From Nannocystis bainbridge (GTDB taxonomy: Bacteria > Myxococcota_A > Polyangia > Nannocystales > Nannocystaceae): a stretch of 64,000 nucleotides of DNA. Location: the NCBI RefSeq assembly GCF_028368995.1, contig NZ_JAQNDL010000001.1:3552001-3616000 (forward strand), given 5' to 3'. Each line of letters opens with the position of its first letter. Positions within the stretch are counted from its first letter, which is position 1. Both the position numbers and the translations under genes were made by a program. The notes under the pieces are model-generated. The model saw only the letters and a list, made by a program, of their open reading frames with translations, ran no database searches and had not been told where the DNA came from. Shown here one piece after another: positions 40,303-51,706 of this stretch.

Positions 40303-41258
40303 TTCTTCTTGGTGCTCTTGGCCGGCGCCGGAGCCGGCTCCTTGGCCGCCGGCTTCTGCGTCTCCTGCACCCCGAGCTTGGCGGCGGCGCCGGAGTTGGC
40401 GTCCTCGCGGTCGAAGCAGAGGTCGCCGTTGTCCCGCTTGAGCAGGTCGATCTGGTCCTTCGCCGCCTTCTGGTACTGCGCCGGCGCGGTCGACTTGGGC
40501 CGGTTCAGCGCCTCGAAGTAGGCGATCGCGTTCTTGCACTGGCCGAGCTTGGCGAACCCGAGGCCCGAGTAGTAGAGCGCGTCGCTGACGACCGGCGCCT
40601 CGGCGTGGTCCTGGATGATCTTGTAGAAGATGCCGAGGGCGCTCTTGTAATCGCGCTCGCTGTAGAACGTCAGGCCGACCTTGAAGTCGGCGTCGGGCAG
40701 CTTGGGGTCGCCCGGGTAGCGCGAGATGAAGGTGCGGAACAGGGTGCGCGCCTGCTTGAAGTCCTTGCGCTGCAGCCGGCGGTCGGCCTCGGCCCACAGC
40801 TCGTCCTTGCCCTCGGGGATGTTGGTCGCCTCGTTGAGCTTCTCTTCGAGCTTCTTGAGCCGCTCGTCGATGTCGGCGCGCAGCTCGAGCAGCGCCTGCT
40901 GGGTCGACGACGCCACCAGCTCGGCGTTCTCGGTCGACCCGCGCAGCTGCTGGGTGTCCTGCTCGACGACGTCCATGCGCACGCCGATGCCGGCCTGGCT
41001 GCCGCGCAGCAGCGCCTCGGCCTGGTCGAGCTTGGCTTGCAGCTCGGCGAGCTTCGTGTCGGCCTCGACGACCTTCTCGTCGAGCTCCTTGCTGCGATCG
41101 ATCGTCTGGGTCTCGATCTTGTCGACCTTCTTGGCGAGGTCGTCGTGTTCGGCTTTGAGGGTGAGGCAGCCTGGCGCGACGAGAGCGGCCGCGAGCAGGC
41201 TCGCGACCGCCCTTGGGCGTCCGAGGCCGCCGAGGAGTCGGCGGCGCGGGTTCATCAT
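40299..41258 (-). CDS. cpoB: Tol-Pal associated coiled-coil/TPR protein CpoB (YbgF)
   Basis: Lipoprotein-like signal, coiled coil, TPRs; downstream of the OmpA/Pal gene. Confidence 0.8.
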   Translation of the reverse strand: MMNPRRRLLGGLGRPRAVASLLAAALVAPGCLTLKAEHDDLAKKVDKIETQTIDRSKELDEKVVEADTKLAELQAKLDQAEALLRGSQAGIGVRMDVVEQDTQQLRGSTENAELVASSTQQALLELRADIDERLKKLEEKLNEATNIPEGKDELWAEADRRLQRKDFKQARTLFRTFISRYPGDPKLPDADFKVGLTFYSERDYKSALGIFYKIIQDHAEAPVVSDALYYSGLGFAKLGQCKNAIAYFEALNRPKSTAPAQYQKAAKDQIDLLKRDNGDLCFDREDANSGAAAKLGVQETQKPAAKEPAPAPAKSTKKK

Positions 41259-41292
41259 GGAGTCTTTCGGGTACCGTGCGGGACGGTGAGCG

Positions 41293-42144
41293 TCACTGGT
41301 AGATGAAGTCGACGCGGCGGTCTTCCTTCATGCTGCCGTCGTCGGTCCCGGTCGCCTCGAGGTCGCCCTTGGACACGACGGTCATGCGCGAGGGGTCGAC
41401 GCCGAGGTTCTGCAGGAACTCCTTGACCGTCACGCCGCGCTTGTCGGTGAGCATGATGTTGTACTCCTCGGTGCCGCGCGAGTCGGCGTGCGCCTCGAGG
41501 ATGAGCTGGGCCTGGTTGCTCTGCAGGCAGGCCGCGAGCGCCTTGAGCTTCTCCTGGTCGGCCGGCTCGGGGTTCGGGTTGTCGAACCCGAAGTAGATCT
41601 TCGGGACATCCGGGCACGGGTTGGTGCCGCCGCCCATGCTGCCCGAGAACTCGCAGGCGCCCGCGTTGCAGATCTCGTCCATCGCGCACTGGTCGTCGGT
41701 CTGGCAGCCGCCCGAGCCGCCCGAGCCCTGCGAGTTGCAGCGGCCGGAGCCGATGTCGCACGTGCCGGGCTGGCAGTCGAAGTCCTCCGAGCAGGCCGCG
41801 CACGCGCCGGCCTTGCACACGAGGCCGTTGGTGCACTCGATCGTCTGCTGGCACGGCGCGCCCACGCCCTCGCCGCCGCCGGTGCCGGCCAGCGCCGGGT
41901 CCTGGCAGCGGAAATCGGAGCACTTCCACGCCGTCCCGTTCGGCCCCTTGGTGGCGCAATCGGCGTCGGTCTTGCAGTTCTGGCACTGCTTGTCGACGCA
42001 CTTCTCGTCGAGGTCGACGTTGCAGTGCTTGTCCTTCTTGCAGGCCGGGTAGACCGGCGGCTTGCAGGCAGCGCTGCCGAGCGCGACAAAGCCCAAACCG
42101 AGAGCGAGCAGGTGGGGTTGGATGCGGGAGAACATGGCGCGCAT
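41293..42144 (-). CDS. pal: OmpA/Pal-family lipoprotein with Cys-rich N-terminal repeats
   Basis: SAAC lipobox; C-x3-4-C repeats; IYFGFD, HADSRGTEEYN, RRVDF. Confidence 0.8.
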   Translation of the reverse strand: MRAMFSRIQPHLLALGLGFVALGSAACKPPVYPACKKDKHCNVDLDEKCVDKQCQNCKTDADCATKGPNGTAWKCSDFRCQDPALAGTGGGEGVGAPCQQTIECTNGLVCKAGACAACSEDFDCQPGTCDIGSGRCNSQGSGGSGGCQTDDQCAMDEICNAGACEFSGSMGGGTNPCPDVPKIYFGFDNPNPEPADQEKLKALAACLQSNQAQLILEAHADSRGTEEYNIMLTDKRGVTVKEFLQNLGVDPSRMTVVSKGDLEATGTDDGSMKEDRRVDFIYQ

Positions 42145-42208
42145 GAGGGGCGACTCCGGGGAGGCAGTGTTTCTCGAGGCCGAGGGGCCGGGGAGACAAG
42201 GTTCAGGG

Positions 42209-42257
42209 CGAAGGCCGTGAAGCGAGTGGCCGAAGGCCGTGAAGCGAGTGGCCGAAG
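42209..42257. repeat. 22-bp tandem repeat in the pal leader
   Basis: CGAAGGCCGTGAAGCGAGTGGC x2 plus a partial copy. Confidence 0.8.
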
Positions 42258-42399
42258 GGCCGGGGGGAAAGCGTGTGGGCCAAAGGGCCGTGGAGAGCGA
42301 GAGGCCAGGGAGCTCTGGCGTGGACGGAGGCCGGAGGCAAACTGTCGTGCGGGGGTCCGGGAAGCAAATTTCCGGCGAAACTTCCGTCTGGCGGGCCAA

Positions 42400-42428
42400 G
42401 GGATACCGAGCGGTGCGAGGGGTGTCAA
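42400..42428 (-). promoter_or_regulatory. Putative sigma70 promoter for pal-cpoB-MTase
   Basis: Minus strand TTGACA-17 nt-TATCCC. Confidence 0.5.
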
Positions 42429-42610
42429 CCGCACGGGCGGGCGACCCGGCGCCGGACCGAGCCGCGGGGGCCAGGGCCCCGGTGGGCCTCGCCGCCGGTT
42501 CGCAGAGGCCGCACCGGGCGGCCGCAGAGGTCGCCTGCATGCGGCCGGGCCGGCCAGGTCACGCCCCCCCGGCTTTTGCTTCGGGGCCGCGTCTGGCATG
42601 GTTCGCGGCG

Positions 42611-42922
42611 ATGGTCGCCAAGGTCAGCCCCGCCGCCTCGGACAACAAGACGATGTTCGAGATCTACCGCGAGTCCGACTATAATCGCGCGTTTCATTTC
42701 GTCTTCTTCACCGACCTCGACGAGCACAACCGGGGCAAAGAGATCGCCCGCGCAGCGGCCGGAGAGACGGTGTTCCACGGGTTCGTCGCCGACGAGCGCA
42801 AGGATGCCGCCCGCGCCGAGATCGAGGCGATCGTCGACGAGCTCAACGCGATGGACGAGGACACCGCCGGCATGCCGGAGGCCGATATCCGGCGCCGACT
42901 CGGCCAATTCCTGGTCCCCTGA
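42611..42922 (+). CDS. Hypothetical protein
   Basis: 103-aa ORF with host-like codon usage. Confidence 0.7.
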   Translation: MVAKVSPAASDNKTMFEIYRESDYNRAFHFVFFTDLDEHNRGKEIARAAAGETVFHGFVADERKDAARAEIEAIVDELNAMDEDTAGMPEADIRRRLGQFLVP

Positions 42923-42926
42923 GCCC

Positions 42927-43943
42927 ATGCGCTCGCGCCTGCTCCACCGCGTCGGCCTCCGCGCGCTGCCCGCGAGCCTCGCCGCCCTCGCCTGCGCCCC
43001 TGTCGACGACGCAATCCCCGTCGACCTGTCCGCCGACTACGACGGCCTGGTGTTGACCGACGCCCCCAGCGCCGTGGCCCACCTGGCCTGGCACGCGCCC
43101 CGCGCGGACTGCCCCCTCGCCTACCGCGTCCGCATCGACGAGACCTTCCCGCCCGGCCTGGCCGAGTTCCTCCACGCCCAGCCGGAGCGCAGCGAGTCGC
43201 TGCTGGTGCTCGGCTGGGGCGTGCAGTCCACGGCTGACCGAGAGAACATGACCGAAGGGCAAGGTTCGCAAGGACCTGTCCCCAAGGGCAGGCCGTTCGT
43301 CGGCCAATTGACGTACCGCGGGCCCAAGTCGGCCGGCCGCGAGCTGCTGCGCGAGTGGGCCGCCTCGGCCGAGTTGGTCGGCCCGGGCTCGCCCGACGCG
43401 GCCTGCTACGAGCGCACGTGGGACCCGGTCGAGGACGCGCTGGCGCTGGGGTTCCCGCAGCTGCCGGGCCGCCACACCCGCGTCGGCGAGGTCTGGCGCG
43501 GCGCCCGGGTCGAGGGCCGCTGCAACCGCTCGGCCTGCGTCGACCCCGAGAGCGGCGCCGGCGGGGCCGCGGCCCACGAGCGCCCGTGCGCGACGATGTC
43601 GTGGCGCGAGCGCCTGGTCGGCCTCTACGCGCTGGCCGGCGCCGGCGGCGAGGTCACCACGGTGGCCCAGATCGCCGGGTTTTGGAGCGACGGCCAGCCG
43701 CTCGACAAGGGCGTGTGGAGCGAGCGGACCGTGCTGGTCGACGCCGACCACGGCCGCCCGCTGCGCGCCGAGGTGTTCGTCCACCACAACTTCACCGGGA
43801 TCGAGCGGCACGTCGTGATCGACGCGGTCGACACCTGTCCCGGAGGACTGGTCGCGGCCGGCTGGGCCGCACCACAGGCCGTCGTCGACGAGCGGGCCGC
43901 CCTCACGGCCGCGCTGGAACGCGCGACTCAACGCAAGCGTTAG
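42927..43943 (+). CDS. Hypothetical lipoprotein
   Basis: ALAC lipobox; ends 6 nt before murA. Confidence 0.7.
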   Translation: MRSRLLHRVGLRALPASLAALACAPVDDAIPVDLSADYDGLVLTDAPSAVAHLAWHAPRADCPLAYRVRIDETFPPGLAEFLHAQPERSESLLVLGWGVQSTADRENMTEGQGSQGPVPKGRPFVGQLTYRGPKSAGRELLREWAASAELVGPGSPDAACYERTWDPVEDALALGFPQLPGRHTRVGEVWRGARVEGRCNRSACVDPESGAGGAAAHERPCATMSWRERLVGLYALAGAGGEVTTVAQIAGFWSDGQPLDKGVWSERTVLVDADHGRPLRAEVFVHHNFTGIERHVVIDAVDTCPGGLVAAGWAAPQAVVDERAALTAALERATQRKR

Positions 43944-43949
43944 GGGTCC

Positions 43950-45198
<1,249 letters not shown>

Positions 45199-45215
<17 letters not shown>

Positions 45216-45933
45216 CGGCCTCACCCTGGCCCTCCCCAAGGGCCGGATCCTCAAGCAGGCGCTACCGCTGCTGCGCCGGGTCGGGATCGACCTCACGGCC
45301 GCGTGGGAGGGCGAACACGACCGCCGGCTGCTGTTCGAGCTGCCGGCGGCCCGCGGCCTGGCCGGCGGCGTGCGCGTGCTCCTGGTCAAGCCGGTCGACG
45401 TGCCGACCTACGTCGAGCACGGGGTGGCCGACGTCGGCGTCGCCGGGGCCGACACCCTGGGCGAGGAGGCCCGCGACCTCTACGAGCCGCTGGACCTCGG
45501 CATCGGCGCCTGCCGGCTGGCGATCGCGGAGCCCGCCGCGCGCCCGACCCCGCTCCGCCGCGGCATGAGCCTCCGGGTGGCCACGAAGTACCCCCGCCTG
45601 ACCCTGAACCATTATCGCTCCAAGGGGGTCCAGCCGGAGATCATCCCCCTGTTCGGGTCGGTCGAGCTCGGGCCCATCACCGGCCTGTCGGACCAGATCG
45701 TCGATCTGGTGGAGAGCGGCGAGACGCTCCGGCAAAATAACTTGCGGGAGGTCGAGACCATCCTGTACGTGACAAGCCGGCTCATCGTGCACCCGGCCAG
45801 CCTCAAGCTCAAGCAGGCGCCCATCACCGCGCTCATCGCCGCCCTCCGTGACGCGCTCGCGACCGAAGGGTCCGCGTCCGCCGCTCGCAACGATTCGCCT
45901 GCTCGACCCACCGGGTCTGAAGGGACCGCATGA
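45199..45933 (+). CDS. hisG: ATP phosphoribosyltransferase, short form
   Basis: [29 protein letters not shown]; no C-terminal ACT domain. Confidence 0.95.
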
Positions 45934-46637
45934 GCAAACCCGACGACCCAGCACTCGTCCGCGCCGCGGTGCTCCAGCGCCTCAAGGTCCACGTCCGCAT
46001 CGCCCAGCAGGGTCTGGCGCCGACGCCCGACCAGCGGCGCCGCCTGGCCGCCTCGCTGCCGGAGTTGGTCGCGTTCGGCGACCGCCGCTACGCCCAGTGC
46101 CACGCCGTGCTCGACTGGGACCACCGTTTGCCCAGCGACGCGGCGGTGCTGCGGCTTTATCTGTCGTACACCGACCGCGAGGCCGGCGCGATCGAGAGCG
46201 CCCTCAAGTCGCGCGACCGCGAGATCGACGCTGGCAACCTCTACCCCGAGTTCGACGTGCCGGACTACGCCGACGTCGACGCCAGCGAGTCGTACGTCGC
46301 GGTCCTGAAGCCAGGCACCCACGAGGTCGGCGACCTGCGGTTCTTCAGCGACTGGCGCAAGGGCGTCCACCAGTCGGTCGCCCGCGAGGCCGTCGCGGCC
46401 GTGCGCACCAGCCCCAGCTACGAGCGCTCGATGCGGGAGCGCAGCCACGACAACCTCGGCCCGCCGGTGGTGATCGGCTGGACCCCGCCGTGCCTGGCCC
46501 AGAGCAAGCACTGGGCGATCGAGGTGTGGCTGCTGGTCGACTTCGACGGCCACGTCGGCCGCGCCCACGTGTTCATGGTCGACAGCAAGTCGCACCTGGT
46601 CACCCGCGAGTACTTCACCGAGGTCCAGATCGGCTGA
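45930..46637 (+). CDS. Hypothetical protein
   Basis: 235-aa ORF coupled to hisG (ATGA overlap). Confidence 0.75.
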   Translation: MSKPDDPALVRAAVLQRLKVHVRIAQQGLAPTPDQRRRLAASLPELVAFGDRRYAQCHAVLDWDHRLPSDAAVLRLYLSYTDREAGAIESALKSRDREIDAGNLYPEFDVPDYADVDASESYVAVLKPGTHEVGDLRFFSDWRKGVHQSVAREAVAAVRTSPSYERSMRERSHDNLGPPVVIGWTPPCLAQSKHWAIEVWLLVDFDGHVGRAHVFMVDSKSHLVTREYFTEVQIG

Positions 46638-46704
46638 CCTCGGAGACATGTCCCCTCGGGCATGCCGCATCGAGCATGCCCTGGGGGACATGTCCGCCAG
46701 GACA
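46635..46704. repeat. Array of five 14-bp units
   Basis: TGACC TCGG AGACA|TGTCC CCTC GGGCA|TGCCG CATC GAGCA|TGCCC TGGG GGACA|TGTCC GCCA GGACA. Confidence 0.9.
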
Positions 46705-46706
46705 GC

Positions 46707-47186
46707 CTAGCTGTCCTGGATCTTGATCGTCCGGCAGCTCTCGCCGGCGATCTTCGGCATCTTGAGGGTCAGCACGCCCTTCTCGAGGTGGGCGTCGGCG
46801 GCGCTCGAGTCGACGTGGCACGGCAGCTCGACCCGGCGGATGAACGAGCCGAAGCTGCGCTCGTGGTAGAAGTAGTTCTCGTTGTCGTCGCGCAGCTCCT
46901 CGCGCTTCTCGCCGCGCAGGGTCAAGATGTTGCCCTCGACGCTGCACTCGACGTCCTTGCCGTCGAGGCCGGGGACCTCGGCGCGGACCATGATGCAGTC
47001 GCCGCAGTCGCTGACGCTGAGCATGGGGTAGTTGCCGACCTGTTCGAAGCCGAGCGGGAAGCGGCCGAACACGCGGTCGAACATGCGGTGCATGTCCTGC
47101 TGGAACGGCGACATCGGCGACGTCGGCGACGTCGGCGACATCAGGTTGCTGGCAGGTTGATTCTTCTTCCAGGGGAGCAGCGACAT
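46707..47186 (-). CDS. Hsp20/alpha-crystallin small heat-shock protein
   Basis: AEVPGL, LTLRGEK, ERSFGSFIR, GVLTLKMPK. Confidence 0.93.
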   Translation of the reverse strand: MSLLPWKKNQPASNLMSPTSPTSPMSPFQQDMHRMFDRVFGRFPLGFEQVGNYPMLSVSDCGDCIMVRAEVPGLDGKDVECSVEGNILTLRGEKREELRDDNENYFYHERSFGSFIRRVELPCHVDSSAADAHLEKGVLTLKMPKIAGESCRTIKIQDS

Positions 47187-47273
47187 GATCATCTCCTCAG
47201 CGCGGAGAACCATGGGCCGGACCCTCTCGCCCGCAAACGCAAAAATTTTGCGCGTGCGGGCCGAACTAAGCCG

Positions 47274-48539
47274 TCAGCGACCGACCACGCGGCCGCCGTG
47301 GACCACCGCGTCGATGAGCGGCGAGCCGGCGTGATAGACGAGGTCGCGGAAGTCGCCGGTCGCCAGCAGCACCAGATCGCCGGCCAGCCCGACCTCGACG
47401 CGGCCGCGCTCGCCGTGCAGGCCGAGCGAGGCCGCCGCGTTGTGGGTCGTCGCCGTCAGCGCCTCGGCGGGCGACAGCCGGTTGCCGTAGCAGGCCAGCG
47501 CCAGCACCGTCGACAGCGACTCGAGCGCGCACGAGCCCGGGTTGCAGTCGGTCGCCACCGCCACCGCCACGCCCGCCTTCACCAGCGCGCGCCCGTCGGC
47601 GAAGCCCTTGCCGAGCACCAGCGAGGTGCCGGGCAGCAGCGTCGCCACCACCCCGGCGTCACGCAGCGCCGCCCGCTCGACGTCGTCGAGGTGCAGCAGG
47701 TGGTCGGCCGAGCGGGCCCCGAACTCGGCCGCCAGCAGCGCCCCGCCGGTGTGGCCGAACTCGTTTGCGTGCAGGCGGATCGGCAGGCCCAGCGCGCGGG
47801 CGCGGAGCAAGATCTGCCGCGTCTCCTCGGGCGTGAACGCCCCGCGGTCGCAGAACACGTCGCAGAAGTCGGCCAGCCCCGCCGCCACGACCGCCGGCAG
47901 CACCTCGTCGCCGACCCGGCGCACGAACTCCTGCCGCCCCTCCGGCCGGTCGCGCAGCTCGGCCGGCAGCGCGTGCGCGGCCAGGCAGGTGGTGACCACG
48001 CGAACACCTGTCTCTTCAGCCAGGCGCCGCGCGACCCGCAGCTGGCGCAGCTCGGTCTCGAGGTCGAGCCCGTAGCCGCTCTTGATCTCGACCGCGGTGG
48101 TGCCGGCCCGGACCATGCGCCGCAGCCGGGTCGCGCTCTCGGCCAGCAGCGTGTCCTCGTCGCGCTCGCGAGTCTTGCGCACGCTGGAAAGAATCCCGCC
48201 GCCGGCGGCGAAGATCGCCTCGTAGTCGGCGCCGGCCAGCCGCATCTCGAGCTCGTCCTTGCGATCGCCGCCCCACACCAGGTGCGTGTGGCTGTCGACC
48301 AGCCCCGGCAGCAGCGCGCGCCCGCGGCAGTCGAGCTCGACGGCGCCGGCCGGAACCCGCTCGGGCTTCAGCTCGGCGTCGGGCCCGGCCCAGGCGATCG
48401 TCCCGGCGCGCACGACCACGCTCCAGCCCTCGCGCACGCCGAGCGCGGCCATCTCGGCGCCGGCGCGCGGCCTGTCCTTCGGGCCATCCGCGAGCGTGTA
48501 CACCCGCGCCGCCGCGCGCAGCAGCAGGTCGCCGCTCAT
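47274..48539 (-). CDS. hutI: Imidazolonepropionase
   Basis: [34 protein letters not shown]. Confidence 0.95.
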   Translation of the reverse strand: MSGDLLLRAAARVYTLADGPKDRPRAGAEMAALGVREGWSVVVRAGTIAWAGPDAELKPERVPAGAVELDCRGRALLPGLVDSHTHLVWGGDRKDELEMRLAGADYEAIFAAGGGILSSVRKTRERDEDTLLAESATRLRRMVRAGTTAVEIKSGYGLDLETELRQLRVARRLAEETGVRVVTTCLAAHALPAELRDRPEGRQEFVRRVGDEVLPAVVAAGLADFCDVFCDRGAFTPEETRQILLRARALGLPIRLHANEFGHTGGALLAAEFGARSADHLLHLDDVERAALRDAGVVATLLPGTSLVLGKGFADGRALVKAGVAVAVATDCNPGSCALESLSTVLALACYGNRLSPAEALTATTHNAAASLGLHGERGRVEVGLAGDLVLLATGDFRDLVYHAGSPLIDAVVHGGRVVGR

Positions 48540-50206
48540 CGCCCGTCCTCGAAGGTCGTGCGGCCGGGCACGCGCACGTCGTGCTCGCGGGCGAACTGGA
48601 GCGCCTCGTCGTAGCCGGCGTCGACGTGGCGGACCACGCCCATGCCCGGGTCGGTGGTCAGCACCCGCTGCAGCCGCCGCTCGGCGCTCGCGGTGCCGTC
48701 GGCGACCACGACCATGCCCGCGTGCAGGCTGTAGCCCATGCCGACGCCGCCGCCGTGGTGCACGCTGACCCACGTCGCGCCGGCGGCGACGTTGATCATC
48801 GCGTTGAGGATCGGCCAGTCGCCGATCGCGTCGGAGCCGTCCTTCATGCCCTCGGTCTCGCGGTTGGGCGAGGCCACGCTGCCGCAGTCGAGGTGGTCGC
48901 GGCCGATCACGATCGGCGCCTTGACCTTGCCGGTGCGCACCAGCTCGTTGAAAAGCAGCCCCGCCCGCTCGCGCTCGCCGTAGCCGAGCCAGCAGATCCG
49001 CGCCGGCAGGCCCTGGAACTTGACCTGCGCGCGCGCCAGCTCGATCCACCGCCGCAGCCCGGCGTTGTCGGGGAACAGCTCCAGCACCGCACGGTCGGTC
49101 ACCGCGATGTCCTCCGGGTCGCCCGACAGCGCCGCCCAGCGGAACGGGCCCTTGCCCTCGCAGAACAGCGGGCGGATGTACAGCGGCACGAAGCCCTTGA
49201 TCTCGAACGCGTCGTCGACCCCGGCGCGGACCGCCTGGGCGCGGATGTTGTTGCCGTAGTCGAACGCGATCGCGCCCCTGTCCTGCATCGCCCGCATCGC
49301 CGCCACGTGGCGGCCCATCGCGTCGACGCTGCGGCGCACGTACTCCTCGGGGTCGCTGCGGCGCAGCTCGTCGGCTGCCTCGAGGGACATGTCGTCGGGG
49401 ACATATCCGTGAAGCTCGTCGTGGGCCGAGGTCTGGTCGGTGACGACGTCGGGGATCACCCCGCGGCGGACCAGCTCCGGCAGCACGGTGGCGCAGTTGC
49501 CGAGCAGACCGACCGACAGCGGCTCTTTGGCCTTGCGGGCGGCGTCGAGCCAGCGCAGCGCCTCGTCGAGGTCGGTCGTGCTGCGCATCAGATACTTGTG
49601 CTGCAGCCGGCGCTCGATGCGTTGCGGGTCGACGTCGACGCACAGGATCGCCGCGCCGTTCATGGTCGCCGCCAGTGGCTGGGCCCCGCCCATCCCGCCG
49701 AGCCCGCCGGTGACCACCAGTCGCCCGCGCAGATCGCCGCCGAAGTGGGTCTGCCCGCACGCCGCGAACGTCTCGAACGTGCCTTGAAGGATCCCCTGCG
49801 TGCCGATGTAGATCCAGCTACCGGCCGTCATCTGCCCGTACATCGTCAGCCCGAGCGCGCTCAGCCGCTCGTGCTCCGCCAGCGTCGCCCACTTCGGCAC
49901 CAGCAGGCTGTTGGCCAGCAACACCCGCGGCGCGTCCTCATGGGTTTTAAAGATCGCCTGGGCCCGACCGCTCTGGACCAGCAGGGTCTCGTCGGCCTCG
50001 AGGCTCCTCAGGCTGGCGACGATCCGGTGGTAGTCGGGCCACGAGCGGGCCGCCTTGCCGGTGCCGCCGTAGACCACCAGGTCTTGCGGGCGCTCTGCCA
50101 CCTCGGGGTCGAGGTTGTTCATCAACATGCGCAGGGCGGCCTCCTGCGGCCAACCCTTGCACGACAGCGCGGTGCCGCGCGGCGCGCGGATCTCGGGGGC
50201 GTTCAT
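48536..50206 (-). CDS. hutU: Urocanate hydratase
   Basis: [42 protein letters not shown]. Confidence 0.98.
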   Translation of the reverse strand: MNAPEIRAPRGTALSCKGWPQEAALRMLMNNLDPEVAERPQDLVVYGGTGKAARSWPDYHRIVASLRSLEADETLLVQSGRAQAIFKTHEDAPRVLLANSLLVPKWATLAEHERLSALGLTMYGQMTAGSWIYIGTQGILQGTFETFAACGQTHFGGDLRGRLVVTGGLGGMGGAQPLAATMNGAAILCVDVDPQRIERRLQHKYLMRSTTDLDEALRWLDAARKAKEPLSVGLLGNCATVLPELVRRGVIPDVVTDQTSAHDELHGYVPDDMSLEAADELRRSDPEEYVRRSVDAMGRHVAAMRAMQDRGAIAFDYGNNIRAQAVRAGVDDAFEIKGFVPLYIRPLFCEGKGPFRWAALSGDPEDIAVTDRAVLELFPDNAGLRRWIELARAQVKFQGLPARICWLGYGERERAGLLFNELVRTGKVKAPIVIGRDHLDCGSVASPNRETEGMKDGSDAIGDWPILNAMINVAAGATWVSVHHGGGVGMGYSLHAGMVVVADGTASAERRLQRVLTTDPGMGVVRHVDAGYDEALQFAREHDVRVPGRTTFEDGR

Positions 50207-50301
50207 GGTGCCCGAGGGTAGCAAGCCCACGCCGCCCCGGCGGCCCGCGCGGGCGTGACTTTGTCGGCGGCACGGCCTGCGCAGGCCGTGCCCGCCCGGC
50301 C

Positions 50302-51567
50302 TCAGCCCGGGTTGCAGAAATACAGGGCCTGGACCTTGCCTGTCTCTTTGAGCATGTCGCAGGCCGCGCCGCACAGCGTGACCTCGGTGTGCGGCACGCT
50401 CCACACGTAGCCGTCCTCGGCGCAGCTGGCGACCTCGGGCACCGGCTGGCCGTCGATCCACACCTCGAACAGCTCCGGCTCACTCGGGGCCGGGTCGACC
50501 GCGATCACGCACGACAGCGTGTCCTTCACGATCTGCTGGATCGCCGCCTGCAGCTCGTTCTGATTGGCGGTCTGGTAGAAGGGCTCGGGGCCGGGCTTGG
50601 GCTTGCCGCCGGCGAGCGCGAGGGTCGACAGTTGCTCGCTGGTGGAGGGGTCGACGTCGATGCCGACCACGTAGGTCGGGATGCCGAAGTCATTGAAGGT
50701 CTCCTCGACGGCGGCCTGGGCCTCGAGGAAGTTCTCGCCCTGGCAGGTGTCGGAGATCTCGCCGTCGGCGACGAGGATGGCGAACCGCTGCAAGCCCGGA
50801 TCGAGGGTCTTGAGGTACTCGTAGCCGCGCTTCAGGCCGGTCTCCATCGGCGTGCCGCCGAGCACCGCGAAGCCGGCCGCCGGGATGCCGGCCAGCACCG
50901 CGGCCGCGTTCATCGCCGCGATCGGGACCTCGACGCCCGGGGTGACCTCGCAGGCGCCGACGTTCACGAACGAGCCGGCGTCGATCTTCGGGTACAGCTT
51001 CACGCCGAAGTGAACCTCCTCGTCGAAGGTCGTCACCACGCCTTCGACGACCTGGTGGAGGCTGGTCCAGCGGGTCACCTCGGCGGTCTGCGGCTTGGCG
51101 TCGTGGTCCCACTTCTCCATCGACATCGAGCCCGACTTGTCGAGGATCAGCAGCACGCTCGGCGGCACTGGCACGACCTCGGTCTCCTCGCTGTCGCAAG
51201 GGATCTTGTCGGGCATGGTGGTGCCGACGCTGGTGCCGCTCGGGTCGCCGGTGGTGGTGGTCGTCGTCGAGGTGCCGGGCTCGGTCGTCGAGGTCGTCGG
51301 CTCCGGGCCGGTGGTCGGCACGACCGGGCCGGTGGTCGTGCCGGAACCGCTGGCGGTCCCGTCCGTCTCTGTCTCTTCGGACATGGTCGAAGAGACAGTC
51401 TCGCCGCCGGTCGGATCGGTGGCCGCGCCGGTGGTGGCGGTGGTCGGCTGGTTGCCGACGGACAGGCCGGAGCTGCTCCCGTTGGAGTCGCCACAGGCGA
51501 GGGGTACGCTCACGAGCGGGAGCAGGAGCGCGAACGCGCGGGCGTTCGAGAGGGCGATCGGCGTCAT
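50302..51567 (-). CDS. VWA-domain lipoprotein (CglB/CglD-like architecture)
   Basis: PLAC lipobox, Thr-rich linker, MIDAS DKSGS, GGTP, VADG, Cys-containing tail. Confidence 0.85.
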   Translation of the reverse strand: MTPIALSNARAFALLLPLVSVPLACGDSNGSSSGLSVGNQPTTATTGAATDPTGGETVSSTMSEETETDGTASGSGTTTGPVVPTTGPEPTTSTTEPGTSTTTTTTGDPSGTSVGTTMPDKIPCDSEETEVVPVPPSVLLILDKSGSMSMEKWDHDAKPQTAEVTRWTSLHQVVEGVVTTFDEEVHFGVKLYPKIDAGSFVNVGACEVTPGVEVPIAAMNAAAVLAGIPAAGFAVLGGTPMETGLKRGYEYLKTLDPGLQRFAILVADGEISDTCQGENFLEAQAAVEETFNDFGIPTYVVGIDVDPSTSEQLSTLALAGGKPKPGPEPFYQTANQNELQAAIQQIVKDTLSCVIAVDPAPSEPELFEVWIDGQPVPEVASCAEDGYVWSVPHTEVTLCGAACDMLKETGKVQALYFCNPG

Positions 51568-51706
51568 GGGCAACCTCCGGGCGGACTCATCATGCGCGAT
51601 AGCGTGACGCTCGGCCACGCCGTTCGCGGGCCTCCAGCACACGCGGCGAGGCCGCGGCGCGGACCCGCGCGTGCGCCGGGGTCCGGGGTCCGATAAGGTG
51701 GTCGGC

